Source: Candidatus Minimicrobia sp. QA0096
GTDB lineage: Bacteria > Patescibacteriota > Saccharimonadia > Saccharimonadales > Saccharimonadaceae
DNA: 32,000 bases
Assembly: GCF_963967315.1 (NCBI RefSeq)
Contig: NZ_OZ017288.1
Coordinates: 570,001-602,000 of the forward strand
Reading direction: 5' to 3'
This document shows positions 1-7,781 of this stretch, in pieces. How positions within the stretch are numbered: position 1 is the first letter of the stretch; the number at the start of each line of letters is the position of its first letter. The position numbers were made by a program, and so were the translations under genes. Below the pieces are notes generated by a model, which saw only the letters and a program-made list of their open reading frames with translations, ran no database searches and was not told the DNA's origin.

Positions 1-569
1 ATCGTCAAAAACCGCAGCTTTTAAAGTGGTGCGTGGCGGAGGCGAAGGTTCGCGAGTGTGAATTAACGAATCGTCAAGCAGAGATAATTGTCGATCGTTT
101 GGGATTTGATCAGTTGCGATTGAGTAATTTTTTGGATCAATTGTCGCTGGCGGAAAAAGTGACGGATGATTTAATTGACAACTTTATACCTTTGGCGAGA
201 TCGGAAAATGTGTTTGATTTGTTCGTTTCGGCGCTAGCGGGTGATTATGATAAGGTTCACGACATAATTAGCTATTTGGAGTCGGAAAGTGGTGTTGATG
301 GCGCTTATCAGACAATGGGATTGCTTGCCTCGCAGGCAACTAACTTGACGGCGTTGGTTTTGGCTGACGGCGACAGTAAGTTGGTGGCTTCGGATTTTTC
401 GGCTAATCCGTATGTTTTACGAAAATTAGCATCTTCAGCAAAAGGTGTCGATAAGAAAAAACTGAAAAGGATAAATGACGCGCTACTTCGGGCAGACTTG
501 CAAATGAAAACAACTTCTGTAAATCCGTGGCTGCCTGTGGAGGCGGCACTGGTCGGAATTGGAAAATAA
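1..569 (+). CDS. holA: DNA polymerase III delta subunit, C-terminal part (5' end truncated by window edge)
   Basis: The reading frame is open back to base 3 with no upstream stop, so the listed GTG at 33 is probably internal. The helical C-terminal pattern (QLSLAEKVTDDLIDNFIPLARSENVFDLFVSALAGDYDKV) resembles HolA domain III. Convergent rpsT is a common neighbour. Confidence 0.6.
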   Translation, partial: RQKPQLLKWCVAEAKVRECELTNRQAEIIVDRLGFDQLRLSNFLDQLSLAEKVTDDLIDNFIPLARSENVFDLFVSALAGDYDKVHDIISYLESESGVDGAYQTMGLLASQATNLTALVLADGDSKLVASDFSANPYVLRKLASSAKGVDKKKLKRINDALLRADLQMKTTSVNPWLPVEAALVGIGK

Positions 570-598
570 AAATACCCCAGTTAATTCCGGGGTATTTT
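570..598. terminator. Bidirectional rho-independent terminator shared by holA and rpsT
   Basis: 9-bp stem AAATACCCC / GGGGTATTT with a 10-nt loop. It is followed by TTTT on the plus strand and TTTTTATTTT on the minus strand. Confidence 0.65.
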
Positions 599-615
599 CT
601 AGTAATCTTTACAGA

Positions 616-966
616 TTATTTTTCAGATTTCTTAGCAGCTGGCTTCTTTGCTGGAGCTTTTTTAGCGGCAGTTTTCTTTGCTGTTGCTGGCTTTGCGGCT
701 GGTTTTTTAGTAGCTTCTAATGTAACACCTGCTTTTTTAGCAATTTTGCTCAATGCGCTCTTTCGGCGAGCAGCAGTGTTTTTCTTAATCAAGCCTTTTT
801 TAACAGCAGTGTCGATTTCGCTTTGTGCTGCAGCAAGAGTCTTTGCGCTTGGTTCTGTAGAGAAAGCTTTAACAGCAGTCTTAATGTCTTTTTTAATGCT
901 GATGTTTCGCTCGCGGCGCTTTAAGGTTTGTTTAGCACGCTTGATGGCGGATTTGATGATTGGCAT
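616..966 (-). CDS. rpsT: 30S ribosomal protein S20 with a Lys/Ala/Pro-rich C-terminal extension
   Basis: N-terminus MPIIKSAIKRAKQTLKRRERN is typical of S20. AAGGAG Shine-Dalgarno lies 4 nt upstream of the ATG. The tail is KKPAAKPATAKKTAAKKAPAKKPAAKKSEK. Confidence 0.9.
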   Translation of the reverse strand: MPIIKSAIKRAKQTLKRRERNISIKKDIKTAVKAFSTEPSAKTLAAAQSEIDTAVKKGLIKKNTAARRKSALSKIAKKAGVTLEATKKPAAKPATAKKTAAKKAPAKKPAAKKSEK

Positions 967-1010
967 GTTTCTCCTTTACCTCTATAGATTTGTATCGCTA
1001 ATCAGGAAGA

Positions 1011-1039
1011 ATTATACAGAAAATAGCATAAATTGTAAA
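1011..1039 (-). promoter_or_regulatory. Putative sigma-70 promoter for rpsT
   Basis: On the minus strand: TTTACA, 17-nt spacer, TATAAT. Confidence 0.45.
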
Positions 1040-1054
1040 GAGTTGGCTTAGATA

Positions 1055-1084
1055 TTGACTTTATGGTACTGCTTATGGTATAGT
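1055..1084 (+). promoter_or_regulatory. Putative promoter for the DHH-like/truB operon
   Basis: TTGACT (1055-1060), 18-nt spacer, TATAGT (1079-1084), with TG at 1076-1077 giving an extended -10. Confidence 0.45.
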
Positions 1085-1123
1085 GATGCCAAGCGTAATT
1101 ACAAAACAAACATAGGAAAAATC

Positions 1124-2818
1124 ATGTCAAACGGATCAGCAAAGCAAAAAGTAATCCAGAGCATCAAGGATGTAACTAATATTTTAGTGACGGTGAGTTC
1201 TAGTCCGTCAGTCGACGAATTGTCGGCAGCATTAGGATTGACGATTTTCCTCAATAAGCTAGGGAAGCACGCTACGGCTGTGTTTAGCGGCGACATTCCG
1301 CCAGCAATTACGTTCTTGAATCCTGATAAGACGTTTGAGCAGACCGCAGATTCTTTACGTGATTTTATTATTGCTTTAGATAAAGAGAAGGCTGATCATT
1401 TACGCTATAAAGTTGTTGACGACGCCGTAAAGATTTTCATTACGCCATATCGTACGACAATTACCGATAAAGACTTGGAATTTTCACAGGGTGATTATAA
1501 CGTTGAGCTAGTTCTGGCGCTAAATGTTGAAAATAGTGAAAGTATTGATACGGCATTAACGGCACACGGTAAGATTTTACATGATGCTACAGTTGTGGCT
1601 ATAACAGCGGGCGATGTAAAGAGTGGTCTGGGTTCTGTTGATTGGCACGAATCTAACGCGAGTGGTGTGAGTGAAATGGTTGTTGAGCTTCTTGATGATC
1701 TGAAGACGCCGAAGGTGACTCTGGATGAGCAGATGGCGACGGCTTTGCTTACGGGAATTGTTGCAGTAACTGACCGATTTAGTAATGGAAATACATCATC
1801 AAAGGTTATGACTACAGCCGCAGAACTTATGGCGGCCGGCGCAAATCAGCAATTGGTGGTTTCAAAGATTGCAGAGAGCGAAGTAGAGGACAAGCCGCAG
1901 AAGATTGAAAAGATCGAAGAAAAATCTCCAGAAAAAGAAGAAGCTTCAGAGGATAAAACTGAAGAAGCGGAGAAAGATGAGGAAACTGTACACGCGGACG
2001 GAACTTTGTCGATTAGCCACGAAAAGAAGGGCGATGTTGATGAAGTAGCCGAACAAACAGCAAAGGAAAAGCAAGAAGAGTCTGCTAGGATTGCTGAAGA
2101 GAAATTGGCTAAAATTGAGCCAATAAAGGAGGAGCCACAAGTTGGGGAAGAAAATCCTAGTGAAAAAATAGTTTCAAAGGGCGAACTTTCTTTTGAGGAA
2201 ACTCCGCTGATGGGTGGCACTCTGAACGCAACGACTACACAGGCTGCCGAGGATAAGATTAGGGAATTGGCTAGCGATCAGAATAAAACCATCTTAACGC
2301 ACGGTAAATATGTGGGTGATAATACGCCGTCGTTTGGCAATACTCCGTTAAATGCGGCTATGGGCGCGTCTGATGAACCACCAAAGATTGATCCGTTTGC
2401 TACAACTAACGCCGCTGAGCAAAAATTGTCGACGATACCTGTTGCGCCGCAATCTGAAGAGTCAATTATTTCGGCAATTACTAACGACATGAATCAATTG
2501 AATAATCCAGTAGCGCCAGCTCCGAGTCAGCCGATTGCGCCAATTGAGCCAGCAATAACAAATCCTGAAAATAGCATTCCAAGTTTCGATTTGCCAATGC
2601 CACCAGCGATGCCAGATTTCGGCGCTTTGCCACCAATGCCGCCAGCGCCTACAGGTGTTGATGTAAATGGATTGCCACAGATTGCACCGCTAGGAGTGGC
2701 TCCTGAACCAGCATCCGCTCCGCAAGCTCCAGCACCTGCGCCGATCACCGCGATGCCAACTCAGCCAGCTCAAAACGCAGATTTCAATCCAGCGCAATTT
2801 CACATTCCAGGACAATAG
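1124..2818 (+). CDS. DHH/NrnA-like protein with degenerate catalytic motifs and a long acidic then Pro-rich disordered C-terminal tail
   Basis: NrnA-like layout: ILVTVSSSPSVDELSAALGL in place of H-x-x-PDGD-x-x-GS, VVAITAGDVKSG in place of the DHH motif, and ALLTGIVAVTDRFSN matching GIVTDTGxF. Position upstream of truB is typical. Start chosen at ATG 1124 rather than the ORF-track start at 1055, which falls in the promoter. Confidence 0.6.
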   Translation: MSNGSAKQKVIQSIKDVTNILVTVSSSPSVDELSAALGLTIFLNKLGKHATAVFSGDIPPAITFLNPDKTFEQTADSLRDFIIALDKEKADHLRYKVVDDAVKIFITPYRTTITDKDLEFSQGDYNVELVLALNVENSESIDTALTAHGKILHDATVVAITAGDVKSGLGSVDWHESNASGVSEMVVELLDDLKTPKVTLDEQMATALLTGIVAVTDRFSNGNTSSKVMTTAAELMAAGANQQLVVSKIAESEVEDKPQKIEKIEEKSPEKEEASEDKTEEAEKDEETVHADGTLSISHEKKGDVDEVAEQTAKEKQEESARIAEEKLAKIEPIKEEPQVGEENPSEKIVSKGELSFEETPLMGGTLNATTTQAAEDKIRELASDQNKTILTHGKYVGDNTPSFGNTPLNAAMGASDEPPKIDPFATTNAAEQKLSTIPVAPQSEESIISAITNDMNQLNNPVAPAPSQPIAPIEPAITNPENSIPSFDLPMPPAMPDFGALPPMPPAPTGVDVNGLPQIAPLGVAPEPASAPQAPAPAPITAMPTQPAQNADFNPAQFHIPGQ

Positions 2819-2821
2819 TTG

Positions 2822-3478
2822 ATGGATGAAGTGATTCTCATAGACAAGCCTCAGGGAATGACTAGCTTTGGGGTAGTGGCGCGCTTGCGGCGAGTTTTAT
2901 CTAATCAGGCGGGAAAGAAGGTGAAGGTTGGTCACACAGGTACGCTTGATCCGTTTGCTACTGGGCTAATGATTATTGTGACTGGAAAGAAATGCCGCGA
3001 AGCTGAAACTTTCACTAAGTTGGATAAGTGGTACGAGGCGGAAATTATTCTGGGCAAGAATAGTTCAACGGGTGATCCAGAAGGCGAAATTACCGATGTG
3101 TCTGATTATGAGCCAAGTTTGGAAGAAGTTCAGCAGGTGGTTAGTCAATTTGTAGGAAAAATTGAACAGACGCCGCCGATTTTTAGCGCGATAAAAATTA
3201 ACGGCGAAAGAGCGTATAAATTGGCGCGCGAAGGTAAACAAGTTGAGATTCCTAAGCGTGTGATAGAAATTTACTCGTTGGAGTTATTAGCATACGAATA
3301 TCCCAAATTAAAGATCAGAACTCACGTTTCAAGCGGAACTTATATTCGAACGTTAGCGGTGGACATTGGCGAGAAATTGGGGACGGGCGCGTATTGTGAG
3401 AATTTGCGTCGTACGAAAATTGCCGACTATTCTATTGACGCCGCAAAGACTCTGGCGGACTTTGGAATTACTAGCTAA
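2822..3478 (+). CDS. truB: tRNA pseudouridine(55) synthase
   Basis: DKPQGMTSFGVV and the catalytic-Asp motif GHTGTLDPFATGLMII. The ATG at 2822 lies immediately after the upstream stop. Confidence 0.9.
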   Translation: MDEVILIDKPQGMTSFGVVARLRRVLSNQAGKKVKVGHTGTLDPFATGLMIIVTGKKCREAETFTKLDKWYEAEIILGKNSSTGDPEGEITDVSDYEPSLEEVQQVVSQFVGKIEQTPPIFSAIKINGERAYKLAREGKQVEIPKRVIEIYSLELLAYEYPKLKIRTHVSSGTYIRTLAVDIGEKLGTGAYCENLRRTKIADYSIDAAKTLADFGITS

Positions 3479-3507
3479 TTGCAAAAAACAGAGAAGCTTG
3501 GTATAAT
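3479..3507 (+). promoter_or_regulatory. Promoter for rpsO, probably giving a leaderless mRNA
   Basis: TTGCAA (3479-3484), 17-nt spacer, TGgTATAAT (3499-3507). The ATG is 9 nt downstream and there is no Shine-Dalgarno. Confidence 0.55.
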
Positions 3508-3516
3508 TACAGAGCT

Positions 3517-3783
3517 ATGATTAGCAAAGAGAATAAAGCGAAAGCAATTGCTTTGACTCAGGTCAATAAAAACGACGTCGGTAGCCCACAAGCTCAGGTG
3601 TCAGTTTTGACGGCTCGTATCAAAGAAGTCACAGAGCATTTGAAGGCGAATAAGCACGACTTCATGGCTCGTCGCGGCTTGATCCAAATGGTTGGTAAGC
3701 GCAAGCGTTTGCTGAAATATTTGGAGCGAACTGATTTTGAGTCTTACAAAGCAGTTGTTGCCAAATTAGGTTTGCGTAAATAA
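3517..3783 (+). CDS. rpsO: 30S ribosomal protein S15
   Basis: 88 aa. HLKANKHDFMARRGLIQMVGKRKRLLKYL is a classic S15 signature. Confidence 0.95.
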   Translation: MISKENKAKAIALTQVNKNDVGSPQAQVSVLTARIKEVTEHLKANKHDFMARRGLIQMVGKRKRLLKYLERTDFESYKAVVAKLGLRK

Positions 3784-3802
3784 TTTACGTTAAAAACTGC
3801 TT

Positions 3803-3834
3803 AAATCCCCTTTGACGAAAAGGGGATTTTTGTT
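3803..3834. terminator. Rho-independent terminator after rpsO, also positioned after the convergent sortase gene
   Basis: 11-bp stem AAATCCCCTTT / AAAGGGGATTT, 5-nt loop, then a T-run on the plus strand. The T-tract is weaker on the minus strand. Confidence 0.7.
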
Positions 3835-3841
3835 GTCCTGG

Positions 3842-4450
3842 CTATTTTTTCAATTTGGCGATAATCACATCTCGTCCGTCGTTTGCACCGCCCAAAGTGC
3901 AGGAATAAAGAGTTAATTGCGGCTGATCTGTGCGCTGTTCGATTTCCACGGCATCTGGTTTAACGCTTTGTTTTTCGCTGATGACGTAATTGTAACGCAC
4001 GCCGTTATAGTCAATGATAATTTCATCGCCGACAGTCAATTTATCGATATTATAAAAAGGCGATTTTCTGAGTGTTTGTTGAGGAGTTAGGCCCATAATA
4101 AAACGGTGTGCAGATAAGACGAAATTGCCGCCATCTTTTGGGTTGCCGTTTTCTGGTTTTCGCCACCATGCGCCGCGCTCCATTGTTTCGGCGCCACCAG
4201 TGGCATAGGGAAGATTTATATCGATTTTCGGAATATAAAGTCGATTTTCGGTAATTTTATTCTCGGTTTTAGTGATGAGCTGAGTGGTGCGGTTGTCTTT
4301 TGGATTTATGTTTTGCGACAAAATAAGGGGCGTGCTGATGAGAACAAGCAAATAAACTCCGCCAAGAATCATTAAGATTGCGATTATAGTTAAGATATAG
4401 CTTTTCCAGTTTTTTTGGCGATTTTTTACTGAATCTAGCTGAAGTGACAT
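3842..4450 (-). CDS. Sortase family transpeptidase (membrane anchored)
   Basis: N-terminal TM helix, His motif FVLSAHRF, catalytic Cys motif QLTLYSCTLGG, and a downstream Arg (GRDVIIAK). Confidence 0.8.
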   Translation of the reverse strand: MSLQLDSVKNRQKNWKSYILTIIAILMILGGVYLLVLISTPLILSQNINPKDNRTTQLITKTENKITENRLYIPKIDINLPYATGGAETMERGAWWRKPENGNPKDGGNFVLSAHRFIMGLTPQQTLRKSPFYNIDKLTVGDEIIIDYNGVRYNYVISEKQSVKPDAVEIEQRTDQPQLTLYSCTLGGANDGRDVIIAKLKK

Positions 4451-4631
4451 GAATAAATTATAGCATACTCATCTGTTAATAGGGTTATGTTAAGTGCGCT
4501 CGCGGCTGGTGTTTGGGCTGAGGTTTTAGTATAATATAAGGAGCAATTTGTAACGCGGAAGTGATAGAGATGAGACGACTAAATTGCCAAGTAATTTCAT
4601 CCCTGTTACTACCGCAAGAAAGGAGCTCTTT

Positions 4632-6749
4632 ATGAGTATTATCAATCCAAGCGGCAAGGAGATTTTTAGTGTTACCACTGATTTTTGTGGTCGGCCGCTG
4701 ACTTTAGAAGTGAATCGCGTCGGCTTTAGGACGACTGGTAGTGTTTTGGTGCGCTATGGCGACACTGTAGTTTTGGGTAGCGCTCAGGTTAGTTCTCGTC
4801 CAGTGCAATTGGATTATTTTCCGTTGTCGATTGATTACGAAGAAAAGTTTTATGCCGCAGGTAAGATTTCTGGCAGCCGATTTATCAAGCGTGAAGGTCG
4901 TCCAAGCGATGAAGCTGTGTTGATTGGTCGATTGATTGATCGTCCGATTCGTCCGCTTTTCCCGAAGGGTTATAGACAAGAAATTCAAGTTGTTGCAACT
5001 GTTTTGAGCATGGATCCGAGTTTCCGCCCAGATGTGATTGCGATGATCGCTGCGTCTAGTGCGTTAATGTTAACTGGCACGCCGTTTGATGGTCCAGTGG
5101 CTGGTTTGCGCGTGGGTCGAGTGAATGGCGAATTTAAGGCGTTCTTGACTCCAGAAGAGCGCGAAAAGTCAGATCTTGATTTGGTTGTGGCTGGTATTGA
5201 AAGCGGTATAACAATGGTCGAGGCTGGCGCTAAAGAAGTTTCGGAGGACGTTATTGTTGATGCGATGGCGTGGGCTCACCAGATGATGCAGCCAGCGATT
5301 GCCTTGCAACGCGAATTGGCGGAAAAAGTTGCGCCAATACAGCAGGAATATGATCTAATTTTGCCAGATGAATCAATTCAGCAAACAGTTAACGCGTGGG
5401 TTGATGGAAAATTTGGTGAGAAAATTCGTCGCCCATATCCAAAGCGTAATGAAATGATTAGCGAAATTCGTGCCGAGTTCCATGAGGCTATGGCGGAAAA
5501 ATTGGGGCTGGATGAGGAAGAATATAGCGAAGTTCGTGGCGATTATGACGAAGCGTTTACTTTGGCTTTACATAAAGATGTCCGCCGGGGAATTGTTACC
5601 GAGCGAGTTCGTCCTGACGGTCGACAATTGACCGAGATTCGTCCGCTCAGCTCGGAAGTTGGATTCTTGCCGCGCGCTCACGGTTCCAGCTTGTTTACGC
5701 GTGGCGTAACTCAGGGAATGAATATTGTGACTTTGGCGCCACTGAGTTATTCGCAATTGATTGACACTATGGAAATTACCGATGGTGAGCGACGTTATAT
5801 GCATCATTACAATGCGCCGGGCTATACGGTTGGCGAAGTTAAGCGAATGGGCAGTCCAGGTCGACGTGAAATTGGTCACGGATATTTGGCGGAACGTGCT
5901 TTGCTTCCAGTTTTACCAACTGAAGAGGATTTTCCATACGCTATTCGCTCAGTTACTGAGATTATGAGTCAGAACGGTTCAACTTCAATGGCGGCGACTT
6001 GTTCTAGCTGTTTGGCGTTGATGGACGCTGGCGTGCCAATTTCGGCTCCCGTGAGTGGAATTGCGATGGGCTTGATGATGGATGGCGATACTCCGTATGT
6101 GTTGAGCGATATCGCTGACGCCGAGGACTTTGCTGGAGATATGGACTTTAAGGTTACTGGTACTTCAAAAGGTATTACGGCTCTTCAAATGGATATGAAA
6201 GTTCATGGTTTGCCGGTGGCGGTTTTACGTCAAGCGATCGAGCAGAGCAAAGCGGGACGCGCACACATTTTGGAACATATGCTCAGCATTCTTCCAGAAC
6301 CTCGTGAATCGCTAAGTCCGTATGCGCCACGAATTGAGAAGATTAAGATTGATCCAGATAAGATTGGCGTGATTATCGGTAAGGGTGGCGAGACGATCAA
6401 TAAGATTACTTCGGAAACTGGCGCTGAGATCGATATTAAGGAAGATGGTTTGATTACTGTAGCTAGCCCAGACGGCATGTCGATTGAAAAGGCTATGAAC
6501 TGGATTAAGAGTCTGGTTGAGGAACCAGAAGTTGGTAAGATTTACGAAGGTAAAGTTGTTGGCATTAAAGATTTTGGCGCGTTTGTGAATATACTTCCTG
6601 GTGTTGACGGAATGGTTCATATTTCAAAATTGGCAGAACGTCGAGTTGAAAAAGTGACTGATGTCGTGAAAGAAGGTCAAACTGTTCGCGTGAAAATTAC
6701 TGGAATTGACGAGCGCGGTAAGATCAATTTGACGATGATTGGTTTGTAA
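4632..6749 (+). CDS. pnp: Polynucleotide phosphorylase
   Basis: Two RNase PH-like halves, a KH motif (IIGKGGETINKI) and an S1 domain (GKIYEGKVVGIKDFGAFVNI). AAGGAG lies 7 nt upstream of ATG 4632. The ORF-track start at 4584 has no RBS. Confidence 0.95.
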   Translation: MSIINPSGKEIFSVTTDFCGRPLTLEVNRVGFRTTGSVLVRYGDTVVLGSAQVSSRPVQLDYFPLSIDYEEKFYAAGKISGSRFIKREGRPSDEAVLIGRLIDRPIRPLFPKGYRQEIQVVATVLSMDPSFRPDVIAMIAASSALMLTGTPFDGPVAGLRVGRVNGEFKAFLTPEEREKSDLDLVVAGIESGITMVEAGAKEVSEDVIVDAMAWAHQMMQPAIALQRELAEKVAPIQQEYDLILPDESIQQTVNAWVDGKFGEKIRRPYPKRNEMISEIRAEFHEAMAEKLGLDEEEYSEVRGDYDEAFTLALHKDVRRGIVTERVRPDGRQLTEIRPLSSEVGFLPRAHGSSLFTRGVTQGMNIVTLAPLSYSQLIDTMEITDGERRYMHHYNAPGYTVGEVKRMGSPGRREIGHGYLAERALLPVLPTEEDFPYAIRSVTEIMSQNGSTSMAATCSSCLALMDAGVPISAPVSGIAMGLMMDGDTPYVLSDIADAEDFAGDMDFKVTGTSKGITALQMDMKVHGLPVAVLRQAIEQSKAGRAHILEHMLSILPEPRESLSPYAPRIEKIKIDPDKIGVIIGKGGETINKITSETGAEIDIKEDGLITVASPDGMSIEKAMNWIKSLVEEPEVGKIYEGKVVGIKDFGAFVNILPGVDGMVHISKLAERRVEKVTDVVKEGQTVRVKITGIDERGKINLTMIGL

Positions 6750-6788
6750 ATATATAATAGCGAAAGCGTAATTTTAGGAGGGAAATTT

Positions 6789-7721
6789 ATGGACAATAGT
6801 AATAACAACAAACCTCAAGTGCCGCCTCAGCCGCAATTCCAGCAGGCTCCACAACAGCCACAATTCCAACAGGTTCAGCAGCCTCAGCCACAACAACAAT
6901 TCCCACAACAGCCAGTCGTGGGAACCCCATACCAAATGCCACCAAAAAAGAAAATGAGCAAAGGTGTCATGTGGGGAATCATCGGCGGAATAATTGGGCT
7001 AGTCGTAATTATCGTTGGTGTAGTCCTAGCCGTCTTGTTGCTAGGTGGTCCAAGCAAGGCAGATTATAAAGCTGCTGGAGAAAAGTTAAACGAGACAATT
7101 GAGATATACAATAAGGCGGCTTCGTCGCTTTCGTATATCTCCACTTCAGAAACTGAGACTTCATTGAAATCCAATCGTGATAAGCTCGCTAAAACAAAGA
7201 GCGAAATTAACGACAGATTGACCGAGATAGGTAAAATGAAGGCCGTCACTGGTGACAAAGAGGTTCGCGAAAAGTATGAGGCTCTGAAGAGCAAACTAGA
7301 AAAGTTCAATACAGCCGTAGATGCTTTTGGAGAAGTATACGAGAAGATTATGCCAGTGATAATTGAATTTTCTGACGGCAGAAATAGCTCTAACTTTTCT
7401 AGCGTAGAAAGCACAATTAAGAAGACTCGACAGAATCTTAAGAATGTTGACGCTAAGAATGAAACTAATAAAAAGTTTATTAGAGATTTTACTGCCAAGC
7501 TAGAAAAAATCGAAGAAATGTTGCCGAAGGTTGCGGAGATGAAGGCTGACTATAAAAAGTATAATTCCAACTATATGAGTGAATTTTATGACAGTCTTAC
7601 CGCGATTCAGAAGCCTATTAATGAATGGACATCGGGAATACAGAAGCTGGCAGAAGAGGGTGAAATTCGCGATGAATTAAACGACCTAGGAACTATATTG
7701 GCAGACAAGGTAAATAAATAG
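6789..7721 (+). CDS. Single-pass membrane protein of unknown function: Gln/Pro-rich N-terminus, one TM helix, helical extracytoplasmic domain
   Basis: AGGAGG Shine-Dalgarno. N-terminus PQPQFQQAPQQPQFQQVQQPQPQQQFPQQP. TM segment VMWGIIGGIIGLVVIIVGVVLAVLLLGG. The remainder is K/E-rich and looks helical. No family recognised. Confidence 0.6.
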   Translation: MDNSNNNKPQVPPQPQFQQAPQQPQFQQVQQPQPQQQFPQQPVVGTPYQMPPKKKMSKGVMWGIIGGIIGLVVIIVGVVLAVLLLGGPSKADYKAAGEKLNETIEIYNKAASSLSYISTSETETSLKSNRDKLAKTKSEINDRLTEIGKMKAVTGDKEVREKYEALKSKLEKFNTAVDAFGEVYEKIMPVIIEFSDGRNSSNFSSVESTIKKTRQNLKNVDAKNETNKKFIRDFTAKLEKIEEMLPKVAEMKADYKKYNSNYMSEFYDSLTAIQKPINEWTSGIQKLAEEGEIRDELNDLGTILADKVNK

Positions 7722-7739
7722 TTCTGATAAATATCAGAA
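7722..7739. repeat. Perfect 8-2-8 palindrome TTCTGATA-AA-TATCAGAA
   Basis: Read directly from the sequence. It starts 1 nt after the stop codon at 7719-7721 and abuts the terminator. Confidence 0.85.
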
Positions 7740-7740
7740 G

Positions 7741-7767
7741 CGCCTCGTTTCTTGCGGGGCGTTTTTT
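7741..7767 (+). terminator. Rho-independent terminator
   Basis: Stem CGCCTCG / CGGGGCG (7 bp including one G-U pair), 7-nt loop, then TTTTTT. Confidence 0.7.
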
Positions 7768-7781
7768 GATAAAATAAATAT

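Noticed and set aside
527-1051. 174-aa plus-strand ORF rich in Ala, Phe and Leu
   Set aside because: It is the exact antisense of rpsT and its Lys/Ala-rich tail. The low-complexity mirror translation has no RBS, and it runs through the holA terminator and the rpsT promoter.
1846-2748. Several minus-strand ORFs (1846-2220, 1946-2140, 2278-2490, 2527-2748) inside the DHH-like gene
   Set aside because: They are antisense to the low-complexity E/K- and Pro-rich tail. Such repeats keep reverse frames open by chance, and there are no start signals.
7064-7498. 144-aa minus-strand ORF inside the Q/P-rich membrane protein gene
   Set aside because: It is antisense to a K/E-rich helical coding region, has a Ser/Leu-rich nonsense-like composition and no RBS or promoter.
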